From Rhodosorus marinus CCMP1338 (taxonomy: Eukaryota; Plantae; Rhodophyta): a stretch of DNA of 64,000 nt. The notes beneath the pieces are model-generated. The model made no database searches, was not told the DNA's origin, and saw only the letters and a list, made by a program, of their open reading frames with translations. Below, in pieces: positions 27,217 to 40,867 of the stretch. The DNA lies in NCBI GenBank assembly GCA_029953675.1, contig JAMWBK010000005.1, positions 1,240,001 through 1,304,000 of the forward strand, read 5' to 3'. A program made the position numbers and the translations under genes. The stretch's first letter is position 1; every line of letters starts with the position of its first letter.

Positions 27217-30200
27217 CTAATCCTGTCAACAAACCAACTAAACCAGACGCTCGTATCCTACACCAAACACAGGACTCTCTCTATAAACCAAGGCCTCCTA
27301 GGAATCTCTAAACAAACAATCCCCGAACTCAACTAACCAACGACAGATGGGATCGTCTCCTATGCTTATGAATCCATCACGATGTCAAAAACCACCATCA
27401 GTACTTGTACTTATTTATAAGTTAGGGAAAAAAATAACCTGGAGTAACTTCTTGACGGAGAAACTAGCCTTCACTTATCACACCCACATAAGCCCTCCAT
27501 ACGCACAACGCCACCCCTCTCCCCCTCCGCTCTATACCCCGTTTTCAATACTGGCGCGACCCTCAACTCTTCCACACTGAACCAACCAACAAACCAACCA
27601 CTGGGTAACATGGCCTGCTGTCTGTCCCTACCGTGGCCCAAACCAAAGAAAGAAAAATTAAAATATTAGAAGTACAGCAGAAAACTTCACATAATCCGGG
27701 AAAAAAATGGATTCCCATACTAATGAATACCTCTATAATAAAAACCCATTCAATCTCGCAAGGGTTTAAATTGACTAGATCAATCAATATTCTGGGGTTG
27801 CAACCTCCAACGGGTATTTTGAACCACTTCGGCTGGAGCAGTTTGTCGCATATTTTTTGTGGAATTAATTGGGTCAGGTTGATCTTCACTTTTCTACTAT
27901 AACCCCCTCCTCCTCCTCCCCCCCCAAGCATAGGCTGAAAATCGTTTGCATTGAGAAGTCAGACTTTGCCTAATCCGCACCCGTTGAGTGTCAATCTACG
28001 AACGCGTATATTGATTGAAGCTTCTACTATATCGTTTTGGAAAAAGTTTATGTAACTTTTTTACGGCGGGGATTGACTGACTGGATGTTTTTTTTCTGTG
28101 TTTTTCAACCTCCAATCTTTTTTTTTTCTACGTAATTTCCTGTGTGTCTAGTTGTTTTGCGAATTCTCCGATTTCTCCCGTTTTAGTTGTACACTGTGAA
28201 GAAATGGGTAAAAGGGGGGTGGGTACTGGACGTGTCGCTGGAAGTGAGGCTTATCGTTGGGTGAAATCCGTTCGGGGATTGTCATAGGCGCGGACTTGGG
28301 TCTCTTGAGGGGGAGGGAGGGCGGGCAGAAGCACTCTTCGTGTGCTTGAAACCTTTTGTCAGTCAGGGTGCGATTAGGATCCGGTCCATCAGGACAAGTG
28401 CATTTATCAAGGATGTTTTCGATCCGGCAAAACTCATCGGAGTTCACAATATCCGAATGATAATTACGACAGCTCAACTCTTGACGCGATGTTGATGTGC
28501 CGGATCCTAATCGCGGCTTTAGGACGCAGGAGGTTGGATGGTAGCTTCCTTGATATTGTGGTCACTGGGTAGGGTTTTAAGGAGGGTACGAACATGATCT
28601 GACTTGGGAAAAACCAAAAGAAGCATAGTAGAACAAAAGGAAAGAGGCGATCAACGTACAGGTTGGCAGGGAAAAGGAAAGCCTGCATCCTCGTCACCAA
28701 ATAGAAAGATTTATAATGGAGCACATCCATTCAAGAACAAGGACAGCCTGTCCATTCGAAAAATGAAAACTGGGGAAAACTAGTATAGTTCAATGTACTG
28801 CCGAAAAATTGCTCTAGAACCGCTTGGCGAATTCCAACAAAAGCTCTAGAACATTCGAGCTCGTCCAGAGTTCATTCTGGCGGTGGAGTGGCTGTGTTTG
28901 TGAGGTAAAACTTCTAAGTCGTTCGGGAGGCGTAGCCGTGCAGGCTGTCTAGTTGGCGGCACTCAACCCGCACATCTTGCTTCCACCGTCTTGTTTGATT
29001 TCCTGTTGGACTTCCGTGTGCTATGGACGAAGTTGCTCTCATGTCACCGACGGTCGCACCCGTGGCGCTGGAAGACCCAACCCCGCTCCTCTCCCAGAAA
29101 CGGAGGACACCTAGAAGCCGAACAAAAGGTGGCACTGACCTTCGGATACACCTAATAACGCTCGAAATACACCACGATAAGAGCAACCTCAACCTTGAAG
29201 CTAACAGGACGCCCTGGTAACTGTGGAACTGGACAATCTCATGCCCTCCAGACACTGGCTTCCTCAAAACCATGTATTCGAGCAAACTGTGTACTAAGCG
29301 GAACTTACAAGACTTCGGATCCAGTCCACGAAAACTATCCTCAGTCAGTTTTCCTGCAATCAATCATCTTGATCTTCACGCGCTGAATGGACTTGTGCAA
29401 TGTAATTGGCTGCGGATCATCATATGCCCCTCAGTAAGTGGTTACTGTATTCCTCCCCTTAATCCATTGGCTACAATTTCCAGGCGTATCTTTACGGAAA
29501 AAAAGGGCGTGTGAAAACAAAGAAAATAAGGGGGGAACAGGCCCCGAACCCCACGTGCCATGCGCTCGTTTCTTGGTTTCAAGTTTAGTTCTAATTATTA
29601 TACAATTTACATTTAGAAGAACAACGTTTCGGTATGTGACTGGAGGGGGATGGATGAATTTTACTTTTTTTGTGGACGAACTCCAGTCTCAAGGCATGGA
29701 ATACCAGTACTCCAAACTCCCCATATCCCTCCTCCCTGCCCCCCCCCTTCCCCCCCCCGGCCTACCCCAACTGTTCATTTGAAGGAAAAGATCCACAGCC
29801 ACCAGAAGCGTGCGAAAGGGGTGAAAAAGAATCCGACTTGGAATCAGTTGTTGAGTTGTTTCTAGAGTTTTACTACAAATTGCACACTCCATTCTGCCTC
29901 TCAATCAAAATTATTGTGGACCCTGGGGCTGGATGACGGGGGGGGAGGGTGGGGAGAATATGAATAACTCCCTTGACGTTCGTTCCCTTCTCTAGGAAAG
30001 GCCTCATCACGCTATAATTTTCGGATATATGGTTCCAATGAACAATCATCTATACCCCCCCCCTCACCACATTTTTCCTTTCCTTACTGTTTATTATTCA
30101 TCGGAAAAAAACGCATTTCTGCTGGAGTCCAGCGCTCTGCAACCTCACAAACACCTACTCGCTCTAAAATATTCATAATACATGATGGATTCAGGTCCAA

Positions 30201-30601
30201 TTTTTCATTGCAGCGTTTTTGGAGGTGTCTCTTGTCATGGGGCTTCTATTTAGTTTCATGGCTGTTTGAGGTGTGTATCATTTAGGGTCACAGATGGGAT
30301 TTTTCGAGGGAATGGGCATGTTTGTTGGATGGCCTAGGTGAAGGCTTTCGGGATATAGGGGGGGGGGGGGCGGCAGCATTTCGACGAGGAAACGGGATAT
30401 ATAGGCAGGTGGGATTTGGGCTGGGAAGTTACAGGGTGAGGTTGAAGTTTGGGAAGGTAGAGTTGGAGTGTTGAGTGCTGCTGTAGGGAACTATCTATAC
30501 TATCGTGTCTTAGGTTTTTTGGGGGGGCGGCGGTGGGAGGGGGTGTCAGGTTTTTTTGTTTCTTTTTTGGGAGAGGGTTCTGAAATATCTTGTTGTTCGA
30601 C

Positions 30602-31492
30602 ATGGAGAAGAAATCGCCTGCTTTTGTTGTTGTGAGTGGTGGCCGAATCACCCGGCCGGCACCGATTATTGGTAAGAGTTCGTTTGTGGACAGGGTTCAC
30701 GTGGCCCCGACACCAATGGCGACGGTCAGCTCGAGGTCAAGGGTGCAGATGAATATTGTCGAGAGGTTTTTCCGGGTCGTCAGGGCGAACGCGAACAAGG
30801 TCGTCTCTGGTCTTGAGGATCCCGAGAAAATGATCACTCAAGCTGTAGGGGAGATGGAGCGTGATTTGATCAAGGTCAGACAAGCGTATGCGGAGGTATT
30901 TGCGACAACCAAACGACTGGAGAAGCAGAAGGAGCAGGCGACAACCATGTCTGCCGAATGGTATAAGAGGGCCCAACTCGCATTGGAGAAGGGTGATGAG
31001 AATCTCGCGAGGGAAGCTTTGACTAGGAAGAAGCAGTTCGAGGAAACTGCAAATGCAGTGACAGTTCAGCTGGAACCGATGCTTGTGAATGTGGGCAAGT
31101 TGAACGGGTCTATGCAGACGCTTGAAGGAAAAATCTCCGAAGCTCGGGCTCAGAAGGATCAGTACGTTGCCCGTGCTAGGACCGCACAAACCACTCAGAA
31201 GGTGAATGAGATGCTGGGCAACGTTGGAGTGTCATCATCCATGGCTGCGTTTGAGAAAATGAAGGATAAGGTCGAGGAATTGGAAGTTTCATCGGAGGTA
31301 TCCGCCGAGCTCGCATCGAGCACAGATAAGACCCTGGAGCAGAAGTTCCTCGATCTCGAGAAAGGGTCAGGTGTCGATGATGAGCTTGCGAAGATGAAGA
31401 ACCAACTTGGAACTGGCCAGAAGTGGTCGTTGCCAGCTGACGCAAGTGTGGACAATGAGCTGGAGAAAATGAAGAAGGAACGGGGGCATTGA
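30602..31492 (+). CDS. VIPP1: Vesicle-inducing protein in plastids 1 (VIPP1/IM30, PspA family)
   Basis: Transit peptide MEKKSPAFVV..., followed by MNIVERFFRVVRANANKVVSGLEDPEKMITQAV, ENLAREALTRKK, AFEKMKDKVEELE and the VIPP1-type C-terminal helix VDNELEKMKKE. Confidence 0.95.
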   Translation: MEKKSPAFVVVSGGRITRPAPIIGKSSFVDRVHVAPTPMATVSSRSRVQMNIVERFFRVVRANANKVVSGLEDPEKMITQAVGEMERDLIKVRQAYAEVFATTKRLEKQKEQATTMSAEWYKRAQLALEKGDENLAREALTRKKQFEETANAVTVQLEPMLVNVGKLNGSMQTLEGKISEARAQKDQYVARARTAQTTQKVNEMLGNVGVSSSMAAFEKMKDKVEELEVSSEVSAELASSTDKTLEQKFLDLEKGSGVDDELAKMKNQLGTGQKWSLPADASVDNELEKMKKERGH

Positions 31493-31734
31493 ATCGAATG
31501 TCTTGCAGTACGCTCTTGTCAGGATAATTTTAGCGGTCTGAAGGTCAGCGGGATAATCCACAGGGGAAGTCGACGTCGTTTGATTCAGCACCACCCCAGC
31601 CTGCCATCTCAATGACGCCTTATGAGTTTGCTGTGGATATATGATCATATATGAGTAAAATTGTAACTAGCGATGCGTTGATCACTGCGCTGTCTCCTTT
31701 GTCGTTTTTCTGGCAAGCCTAATATCTCGAAGTA

Positions 31735-32682
31735 TCAAATGATCTTCTTCTTCTTAAAGAAACTCTTCATATGGAACAGTTGATATCCCCCAACGGCGAA
31801 CATAATGACGCAAGCCGTCACACTATAGAAGAGGACCTGCTTGTTGATTTTCTCATTAACTCTTCTTAAGTCGTCCTCCCTGAGGCGGACCTCTTCCAGG
31901 TCGGCCATGAGTTCGCTCAGCTCGTCGTTCAAGTCTTCAAGCTGTCCCTCGACATCAGTGAACTCGCTCTCTTGCTTGCTTCTGAAGTGATCAGTGGTCA
32001 TCGCCCCTTTCAAAATCTACGGAGGGGCAAGTCCAATGCTCTTGAGCGGATTTGCTGAATAGCATAATATTCAACTGCGGGGCCTGTACTCACCTTGAAC
32101 GACACCTTTCGCTTCTGGGTGTTATCCCGCCTGCCTGTTGGGACGTTCGAAAAGCACAAATCATACTTCATGTTGCTATGCCCGCTTGCGCCGTAGTCAT
32201 CGGCTTCATAATCGTAGTAGTCATCCTCGTAGCTGCTGCCACCAGCGGATGGCGTCGTGAAACTGAACTTCCCGTGAGTAATTCCCTCCTTTTTGTAGAT
32301 AGTCTCACTGTTCTCATTCATCACCTGAAGCGACCAAGGGCATCTTCCCTCCTTAGTTTTTGCAGTGGGGAAATGACCACATTTTGAGCAAACTACTTAC
32401 CGAAAAATCTACGGACATCTCGCCCTCTCCAGTAGCCACTAGATACTCAGCAACGACCTAGAGCAAAAAGACAAACCGCGATGGGACCGGATTACAGTAG
32501 CATCAAAGGCGAGGCATTGGGAACTCTGTACGCGAAATATCCGTGCTAGTGGTCACCTTCGTATCACCGTGAAAGAATTCCGAGAAGCACTGAGTCTGCC
32601 CTTGGCCCAAGTAAAACTGAAATCCAAGGCAACCATTGACAATCACGAGTGAGAAAACCCAAACCACGTTTAAGAATCGCAT
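31735..32682 (-). CDS. TMED10: p24/EMP24/GOLD family cargo receptor, delta subfamily (TMED10-like), 4 exons
   Basis: Signal peptide MRFLNVVWVFSLVIVNGCLG, GOLD domain (QCFSE...GKFSFT...YDLCF), coiled coil, TM segment, and C-terminal KSFFKKKKII* (FF plus dilysine retrieval motif). All three GT-AG splices keep the frame. Confidence 0.9.
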
Positions 32683-32810
32683 CCTTGATCGTCCCTTGGG
32701 GCTCAGTCAAACCAACCCCCAACAAATATATATGGGTCTATCCTCCCGCTCGAGCTCCACCTTAATAGCCGTCTAACCCGAGGTTTTTCCAAGACGCAAT
32801 TACTTCTCAA

Positions 32811-33224
32811 CTACATAACAAACCGAACGTGCTCTTCAAGATCTTCTTCAACCAGTCCTCTATAGACTACCTCACCTTTTTCACAGACCATCAAAAGGAC
32901 TCCGGTCGTCTTCCTCCTCTTCTTCGAAAAGAAGGGGTTTACGAACCCTTCTGTCAAGGACGGGTCTGAAAACAGAGCATGTTTGTCATAGGACATTTAG
33001 TAGTCTTGGTTAAGGGACGATAGTAACCTTCGATCAGGGTTTGGCCGGGTCTGGGACAAGAAGTAAAAACAGATCTCACCAACGACCAAGAGCCAAACTC
33101 TCTGCGCAGCGCACGAGGTCTTGGGGGGGGGGTGGACAGCCTGGACTGACGTTCTCAGAAGGGCGTTCTTGGTTGTACTAGCAAGCAGAAGGATGAAAAC
33201 TCGTAGAGCGATCGAAAAGCCCAT
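32811..33224 (-). CDS. Possible small hypothetical protein (2 exons)
   Basis: MGFSIALRVFILLLAST... can be joined through a GTGAGA...TTTCAG intron to DPSLTEGFVNPFFSKK...VRFVM*. No recognisable family. Confidence 0.3.
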
Positions 33225-33659
33225 CAGTCAGTGAGAAAGAATCCGTCTCTGTCCTGCCGGCACCCTTTCGCGTTCGCTTTGTTTGATCTAGTCTAGACCT
33301 TTCGATTCAAAACCATGAAACTCAGTCTTTAAATATTTGATTATTGTTAATTAATCACCAAAGTAAGTCAGGTAGTACTAATCTAAAATCCGAATGTCCT
33401 AGATTATTCAGGGACCAGGTTGCTGTAACGTAGAGCAGAGTTGAACAAATTTTTAGAACGGTGTGGAAGGAGAAATCGAGTAGATGGATTACAACAATCT
33501 GATTCCCAAACCGCAAGCGTTTCATGTCATCGCAGGCGCTCAGGTGCTCCTGGAGAGGTGAAAGATCTACTTGGAGCACTCGGGTGCTTCGAAGGACAGA
33601 CTATGGATCCCATAGAACTGTCGTACAGGAGAAGCTTGCGTCGAGGTTTTGGGCATCTC

Positions 33660-34491
33660 CTATGGTTTTGCGTCTGGCTCCATCCGGTTTTCCAACGGCA
33701 ATTCCAGAGGAGTAATGGTGTTAAGTATACCTAGCGTAGCATGAAGTTGGTCTGAGCATGGATCGTGGACAGATCTGGCTGGAAGCGAGTAGAACAGCGA
33801 ACACTTCAACTTACCGGAAAGGAACTCTCGAATTGGCTTGGGCAAGGTGTAGAACGTTCGGTGCTTTGTCCTGTTCCGCCATTCTTGGTACTTGCTTATC
33901 CTCCACCTCTCCACCGCCCTCTCGATGCCAATCCATTTCGGGGCGTAGAAGGAGCTGGGTATAAAGGAAAAGGTTGATGAGTTGGTAGTACATTGAGAAG
34001 TAGGGTGTTTTGCGCGGAATCTCACCTAATATTGAAGCCAGCAGGTACATAAGCCGTTCCCAGACCGAGAATAAGCCCAGTTCCGAATCCTACTCCGCAA
34101 ACGGTACCCACTCCCGTTCCAGCGCCAAAGATGACTCCAAAGGGAAGCCCATACCCAGCACCAATACCAAAGAAAGGACCCACGGAGCTAGACGAAGAAG
34201 GCGTGAGACGTTCAGCTCACGCAAAGCGATATCATTTTATCCAGTGCGAGTCAGAAGCTCTTGCCCATAGCAACGTTTCTTCAGTGTACATACGCACCAT
34301 CCAATTCCATAGCCCCAACCAGTGCCTCCAAAGGCAAACAGCTTCGGGGGTTGTGGCAATCCATAAGGATAAAGCTCACCTTTTGCGCCGTCCCCACGAA
34401 TATGATCAATACCAGGTGACTCCCTGCTCATGCCACCGATACCCGGGTGGTATTCCCTCGTCGGCAAACCGTTTCTTGGTGGATCATCCAT
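33660..34491 (-). CDS. Glycine-rich membrane-associated protein (resembles the plant AS8-like Gly-zipper family), 4 exons
   Basis: Three GT-AG introns splice in frame to give ...FAFGGTGWGYGIGCSVGPFFGIGAGYGLPFGVIFGAGTGVGTVCGVGFGTGLILGLGTAYVPAGFNISSFYAPKW...MEPDAKP*. The family assignment is from recall only. Confidence 0.7.
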
Positions 34492-36190
34492 TCCTTTTGT
34501 AGTTTATTTTGCCTAGTCAACCAACTATCACCTCAAAGCAGTAGAACTCCTCACTCTTGCTGAGTGTAGATCAGCAGCCCGCAGTACCGCTCTCCACCCT
34601 TTCTGGCTTGGGAATGGCCCTGGCGCTCGGGGCTGCCGATGTGCCACAGAGAGGGTCAAACGTTTGCTGGCAAATTGTTGATTTTGTTTAGTCTTCTACA
34701 GTCCTAAGTAGATCATAGCTATCCACTATTGGAAGAGAGGGGTCCGACGAAGCTCACGCAAAACGTGTGGATATTTCGCCGTAGCCTTCCGAACGCGGAA
34801 GAAACCAGACTGTCCGCAAACATCAACAAACGGCTAGTTCAATCGTTGATCTTTCTAGTGGTTCGAATGGATCGATGTGTAGGTGAGACCAGAGCACGTC
34901 ATTGGAGCGGGAGTCTGCAAAGCTAACGTGGCTACGCTGCGAATAAAGAGCATCACATAATCTGGTAGCTCAAGCCGGGAATGGAAATCGTACGCGAAGA
35001 TATACAAGGTAAATTTCTTATTCTGGCCATTGAGTCCAGAGTGGGTCCGTTAAAGGTCCGTCAGCCTCCCAAGCAACTCTTCCGCACCCACATCAGAGCA
35101 GCCCCTGCCAATCGCAATGAATTCCCAACAAAAACGCGGGAAAAGTAGAATAGGGTATTTTTGCCGGGAAATGGAGATATAGTAAGGAATAGGAATAGCG
35201 GTCCATCCTAGATTTCAAACTGGTTTAAAACGGAGTTTGTGGTCGTTGAAAGTCTATATTGAAGGAGTTGAGCTTTGAGAATGGTGTGGAGCTTTGATAT
35301 CAAGAGACCTGTGGTAAGGCTCCGGTAAGGGCGACCTAATTCGAGCGTAGACGGTGCGATGAGAAAGCTTTGAGAGCTTAGTGGACTAGCTAGCTGATGG
35401 TATGAGCAAGAACGGATTGGAGTGAGGCTAAGAGCTAGAGCGTGAGAAGGCAAAGTTGTTGTTGGGGTTGGGGGAGTCGTAGTTTGGGTTGGGTTTTCGA
35501 GAAGAGCCATGTCGCTGCTTGATAACTTACCGAGCCAGTCAGGAAGCGAAGGGGATTTTACTGAATTTTGTGTACAGGGGAGCTGTAAAGTGAAGGTACT
35601 CCTGTGTGATAACACCACAATGCCCCGAAAGGTTGTAAAAACAACCAGCGACTACTTCATGAGACGGAACATGCGACAAAGGTACATGATGGAGAGAAAA
35701 TCCAATCGAGCTCGTGGAGAAGGTAATAAAAAAGCGAAAAATAGTCCTAGGCTGGAGTCACTGTCGCTGATGATTGTTCTTCACACGTAAAATCAGGTTC
35801 AAGTGGCAAAGCCCGAAAACGGCCAAAAGGAGTCTCGTCCTTGCAACCGATTAGAAATTAGCTCCTTTTTTATGCATACAAATATATATATATATAACCT
35901 TCTACCAGAGACTTTCTTCGAGGATAACGAATGCTCCCAGATCCTGACGGTGGTTTCCTGACAGGAACAGCTCTGAATCTCGGTAAACAGAAGCTTCTCC
36001 TCCCGCTGTTGGACTTGTGTACGCATCCCCTGTTGAATCTGTTCACCGCTTCGTGCACTTTTCCGCTAAACATGAACAATTCAACGCTTTAGCATTGCTC
36101 GACCTTCAGGGACCGATACGTCCCCAGTCCGAACGCGTTTGCGCAGCCAGACGAAAGTCTCAGAAAGGTTCTCATCTCTTGCTGCTTTCC

Positions 36191-37463
36191 TCAGTTTCTG
36201 TTTGATTCTTGTTGAGAAGTCGTAGGTTCATTCTCGTATTCTACTTCAACACGAACCCCCCTTGACTTTCGCTTTCGTCCCTTAGCTCTTGTTTTTGATC
36301 TGCTCGTGAGCACCTTCTTAACCTCTACAACCGTTGAACAGAAGAACGGCAACGTGTTTCAGGGCAACAGTCTAGAAAAGGGTAGCCCAACGGCGCATGT
36401 AATCCATACCTTCCTCAGCAATTTCCTCGTCGTCCAGATCACTGTCATCGTCAAAGTCAAACTTCTCTCCATTTTTGGATTCGGAACCCAGGTCCTCCAT
36501 GTCCTGCATTGATGATGCATATTCCTCTTCCTCCTCGTCTTCCTCAGAGTCGTACTCTGCTTCGTACTCCATCTCCTCTTCTTCCTGAAAAATAAAATTA
36601 ACGAACCACAAAAGCAAGAGAGATAAGGCAGGGCAAACTTTGGGAATCTCCAGAACTGGTTCAGTTTTCACCTCTTCTTGAAGTTCCTCGTCCTCTTCTT
36701 CTTCAAGTTCGGCCTCTTCCTCCAGGGCCTTCTCATACTGAACTTTTGGAAAGTTGTATATGGAATCATAGGTTCCGCTACGTAGTCTCTCCAGAAGCTC
36801 TTTCTCAATCGTCCGGTCCAACTTTGCAGCTCTAAGCGCTTTCGCTTCCCTTGAACGGTCCCTCTTTTCGACCTACAAATTGTTCACCAGATTGAGGTAT
36901 GTCAGAGGCCGCGCTCAAGCAGGCGAATTTTGTAGCAGGCAGAAGCTCCGTACCTTCTTGTTTATTCCAACGAGGCGAGTCTTAGCTCGCAACTTCAATC
37001 GACGCTTCCGAATCAGGTACTGAGTAATTTTCGTTAGTCGTTGCTTTGCTTTATGGACCAGAAACTTTGGCCAGTATTGCATCCGTTCGTCGACGATTTC
37101 AAGAGCCTTGGTGTAGTTGCTGGGCAATTTGATTTTCTCCCATAGCTTGTTCGGCATATGCGCTCTAAATGTGGAAACGAAAGATGGTTTCAGTTGAAGC
37201 CCAAGGCCTCACGATCGTGTCTGTGCAAACGGCAAAGAGGTGGTTTGAAACCGTTACCTTTCAATCGTCTTAATATACATCACACACCGACCTTCTCGCT
37301 CCAGAATTGTCGCATACCGGCTATTCGCCAGAGGACACGCCTGTCTACTACACAGGCCAGTCACGTTGTACTCATGCTTACAAAACGTATTCGTCCTTGT
37401 CTTAACTTTGAAAGAACAAAAATTCTGTGAAAGCAGGTTCCACACGGCATCATCATGCTGCAT
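36191..37463 (-). CDS. MAK16: 60S ribosome biogenesis protein MAK16, multi-exon
   Basis: [44 protein letters not shown]|[35 protein letters not shown], acidic tail, VEVEYE; TGA at 36191-36193. Confidence 0.96.
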
Positions 37464-40161
37464 GCTTCTTCAAAACCACCCAGAGCCCGTTGAAGGCCGC
37501 GGCTCCAAAATATCAGCAGAAAAAATCCGAAATAAACCTTCTACAACACCCAAAGAACCCGTGCCCTCAACAAACTCCTCCAAACCCCCTCCTCTCAAGA
37601 AAAAATCCTCCTTCCCCTTCTAAAACAACCAACCCCTCCTCCCTCGTCACTTTAACGCATCCAAGCCTTTCTTGCTTTTCACAAGAAATAACAAAAACAA
37701 TGTATCATCCTTTCCATTCTGTCCAAACAAGCCTATCTCAAAGCCTTCATCCCCACCAAACTCATCCAACTTCCCATCAGCCATTTGGCAATGCCCTTAA
37801 CTCACAAAGCAAAATTCCATCGACCGAAGCCCCCCACCGACCGACGAACATTCCAATCATTATAATATTAAATAACCTTACAATAAATAATTAGTCAGTC
37901 TTTATTTACCAAAACGTTCATAATTTCAATTTTGGCTTCGTTTAAATTGAAGTTGATCAGTCATTATAATCAACCTCCTGAGTTTTTCTTCTTTTTTTTT
38001 TTTTTTTTTGCTGTCGTTGTTTCGTTGTTTGTTTGATTTTGAATTTTTTAAGTCCGGGGGAGGGGGGGAAGGGTGAGCTTGGGAAGAGGGAGCAGGTGGT
38101 AGTTGTGGGTTTTAGGACGGTCTTTACAGTTTGAAGAAGTTTCATCTGGATTTATGGTGAACTTTTTGTAGAATCTGATAGCAAGATGAATGCCTTTGTC
38201 GCGCCCCGTCCTCCGTTTCCCGATGGACTGTTCAGTCCCTTTTCTGGCATGGCTGAGCGTTGTAGCGGTGCCGGGATTGTGTACTTCGTGATGGATGTAC
38301 CCGGAGATGAGATCTGGCGGGGGAAATCAGGGCGTGTGAAAGTGTGCGTCCTCGGTGCACAATAGTGAAGTACATATCGCGAAGCGTGATGGTCAAGTAT
38401 TCTCCTAAAGAAAGGAGATGGCAGCTGGGCTTTACTCAAACGCACTCAAGACGAAAATCTGCAAGGTTTTCAGATTCAATCCTCAACGTTTGTGGCTTCG
38501 GATTGGTGATGATCTCTGCCAGCTTGTTTTACATTCTGTATCGAGGTCTCACGCAATGTTCGTGTTTCGGTTTTCCCGCCTTAGCCCATTTCCCGTATCG
38601 TTAGCTCGTGCGATCGGGATGATCCCCGGACCAACCCGCCGGAAGCATTCCTCGGTTTGCACAGAGCTGCCGCATGGTTGGATTAGTTGAAACGTTCGAG
38701 TGAGCGTTTTAGGAGATGCTCGCAGATATAGCAGAAGCCAAGATGTCCGCTTGTTTTCGTATTCACCGTAGCGCGTCTACTTCAGCATCGCAGGTTGAAT
38801 TATTCTACTAGTGTCGTGGAACATGCAACTGGGTCCATGCCAGCGCACGTGTCCTAGCATCAAGCAAGAAAAGTCGTCAGCGTTCGGCAATGAACTCAAC
38901 TGCTAATCAAAGCTCAGGCTGCTCCCGATTCAATCAGCATTGCCGCAACTCCAATATTCTCAGGGGACGAAACCTAGTAGCTTACATTCGTACTCGCGAA
39001 AGCCAAGACTGTAGTCATGGCATTGAAAACGGTGAACCAAGAGTCACTACTGGTAAGCTACTAGTTGCGAAACCCGACCTTGTTGTGTTGTTGTGCTAGT
39101 TGCGACTGCTTACAGAGGAAATGCTTGGAAATGCAGGCGATGCGTTAATTAAGATATTTCTAGATTCCATACCCTTCTCAACCCTCTAAAACCTCTAAAA
39201 TTACTCTTGAAAAACGAATAGAATGAATCTAAATATTGACTTATTATCCATATTCATCACTTCTTTTCTCACCCGGTTGTCCTCTCCAACATTGCGTATC
39301 ATTATAATTTATTGCAAATAAAACCCCCAAAACTAATGAGACTCAGTAGGGGTTAAGCATATTCCTCAAAGTTTGCTCGAACACAAATTATAGAACCAGC
39401 TAGGGCATTCTCACGGCTTGCGGATTTCCGCATTCAGTATCTCAAAACCACCTCCCAAAATCCCATCAAATTATTCCATAATTCATAAATCATGGTTATC
39501 TTCCAAAAACCAAAAAAAGACTCCATGTCGAAAACACCCCTCAGCAGAACGAGAACGCCATGGTACAAAAAATGCCAACCCTAACCCCTATATCCAACGG
39601 GCATAAACCTCCTAAATTTCGCTATCTACCACTAATAACTGTCACTTTCACATATATAATTAATTTATCGAATACATTTATAAAAATGAATTAATATAAA
39701 ATAGGTGTTGACGAATAAAAGATGTTTATATTCCGATATTGTATTGAGATGAGACGGGGTAGAGATACCTGCTTAGGTATGTTTCAAGGGAACAGTTGAA
39801 GGGGGTAAGGAAACTTTTGCATTATTTTTCTTTCATTTTTAAGGATATAGACGATTGCAAAAAATCTTGCCGTGGGACGTTCTACTGAAGCACAAAAAAG
39901 GAGTTGTTTGTTGGGGGGGAGGGAAAGGGGTGGGGTTGAAATATTTCAACATATAGTCATATGGTCATAAGATAGTTTATTTGTTTTTGTATTATTTATT
40001 GTTGGACAAGAAAGGGGTAATAATTTGTCCAATGTTTGTCTTGGGATTCTTGGCGAGAGGGTATAGGAAAAGGCATTTTGTGGGAAGTTGGAAAGGGGGG
40101 GAGAGGGGTTGGGAGCGCGGAGGAGAGGTGTTTGGGGAGAAGAGTTGATAGAGGAAGGAGG

Positions 40162-40204
40162 GGAGAGGAGGAAGGGAGAGGAGGAGGGGAGAGGAGGAGG
40201 GGAG
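40162..40204. repeat. Polypurine minisatellite, 13-bp unit GGAGAGGAGGAGG x3.3
   Basis: Directly visible tandem units starting at 40162, 40175, 40188 and 40201. Confidence 0.7.
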
Positions 40205-40867
40205 TGTGGGGATGGGATGGTGAGAAGGTAAGGAAGGATCAGAGTTGGACTGGCATTTTCAGGACTGTATGTATGTTCTAGGTGTCGATGGGGGAGTATC
40301 AAGGTGGCTGTTGGGCTTCAGTTGTGTGGAAGGTCTGGAAGGGTTTTTAGTTTGCTTTCCTGTATCGGGGAGTATGAACTGGTGAGAAGGCATGGATTGC
40401 ACAGGTCTTTGTTTTTGAAATTCGGACTTGCCAAATGGTTCGTGATTAGAAAAAGAAAAATCCTGTTGTTTGCCTGCACAGGGGTGATGCCCTTGAGCCT
40501 GTTCGAGAAGAAGAGAGGATATTTTTTGGGTTGGGAGCGAGTGTTCGGAGCTTCAGGGTAGTATAGGGGAATGGATACGCTTCTTTGTTTCATTAGCGGG
40601 GGAGTACTTTGGGCGGATAAGTCGTAGAGGTAGGTCAGGTTAGGAACTTAGTGGTGCGTCAGTTGATCCGTCGTACTGGATCAGGGGAGTTTGAAGCTGG
40701 GGTGAAGGAGAAGTTCTCTACCGGAGAGGGCTGTGCTGAACTGTGCCGAGTGTTTGTGGTGTTTTATGCTCCCTGGGAAAATCAGCCGGAGGCAAGTTGC
40801 TGCAGAGCCCAAGTGTAGTATGGACAGCCACTTTGAGCACCGGTGGATTAGAATCAGAGGCAGAGAA

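Noticed and set aside
28148-29400. Genes from ORFs 28148..28477 and 28914..29363
   Set aside because: No recognisable domains and no consistent splice model could be assembled; left uncalled.
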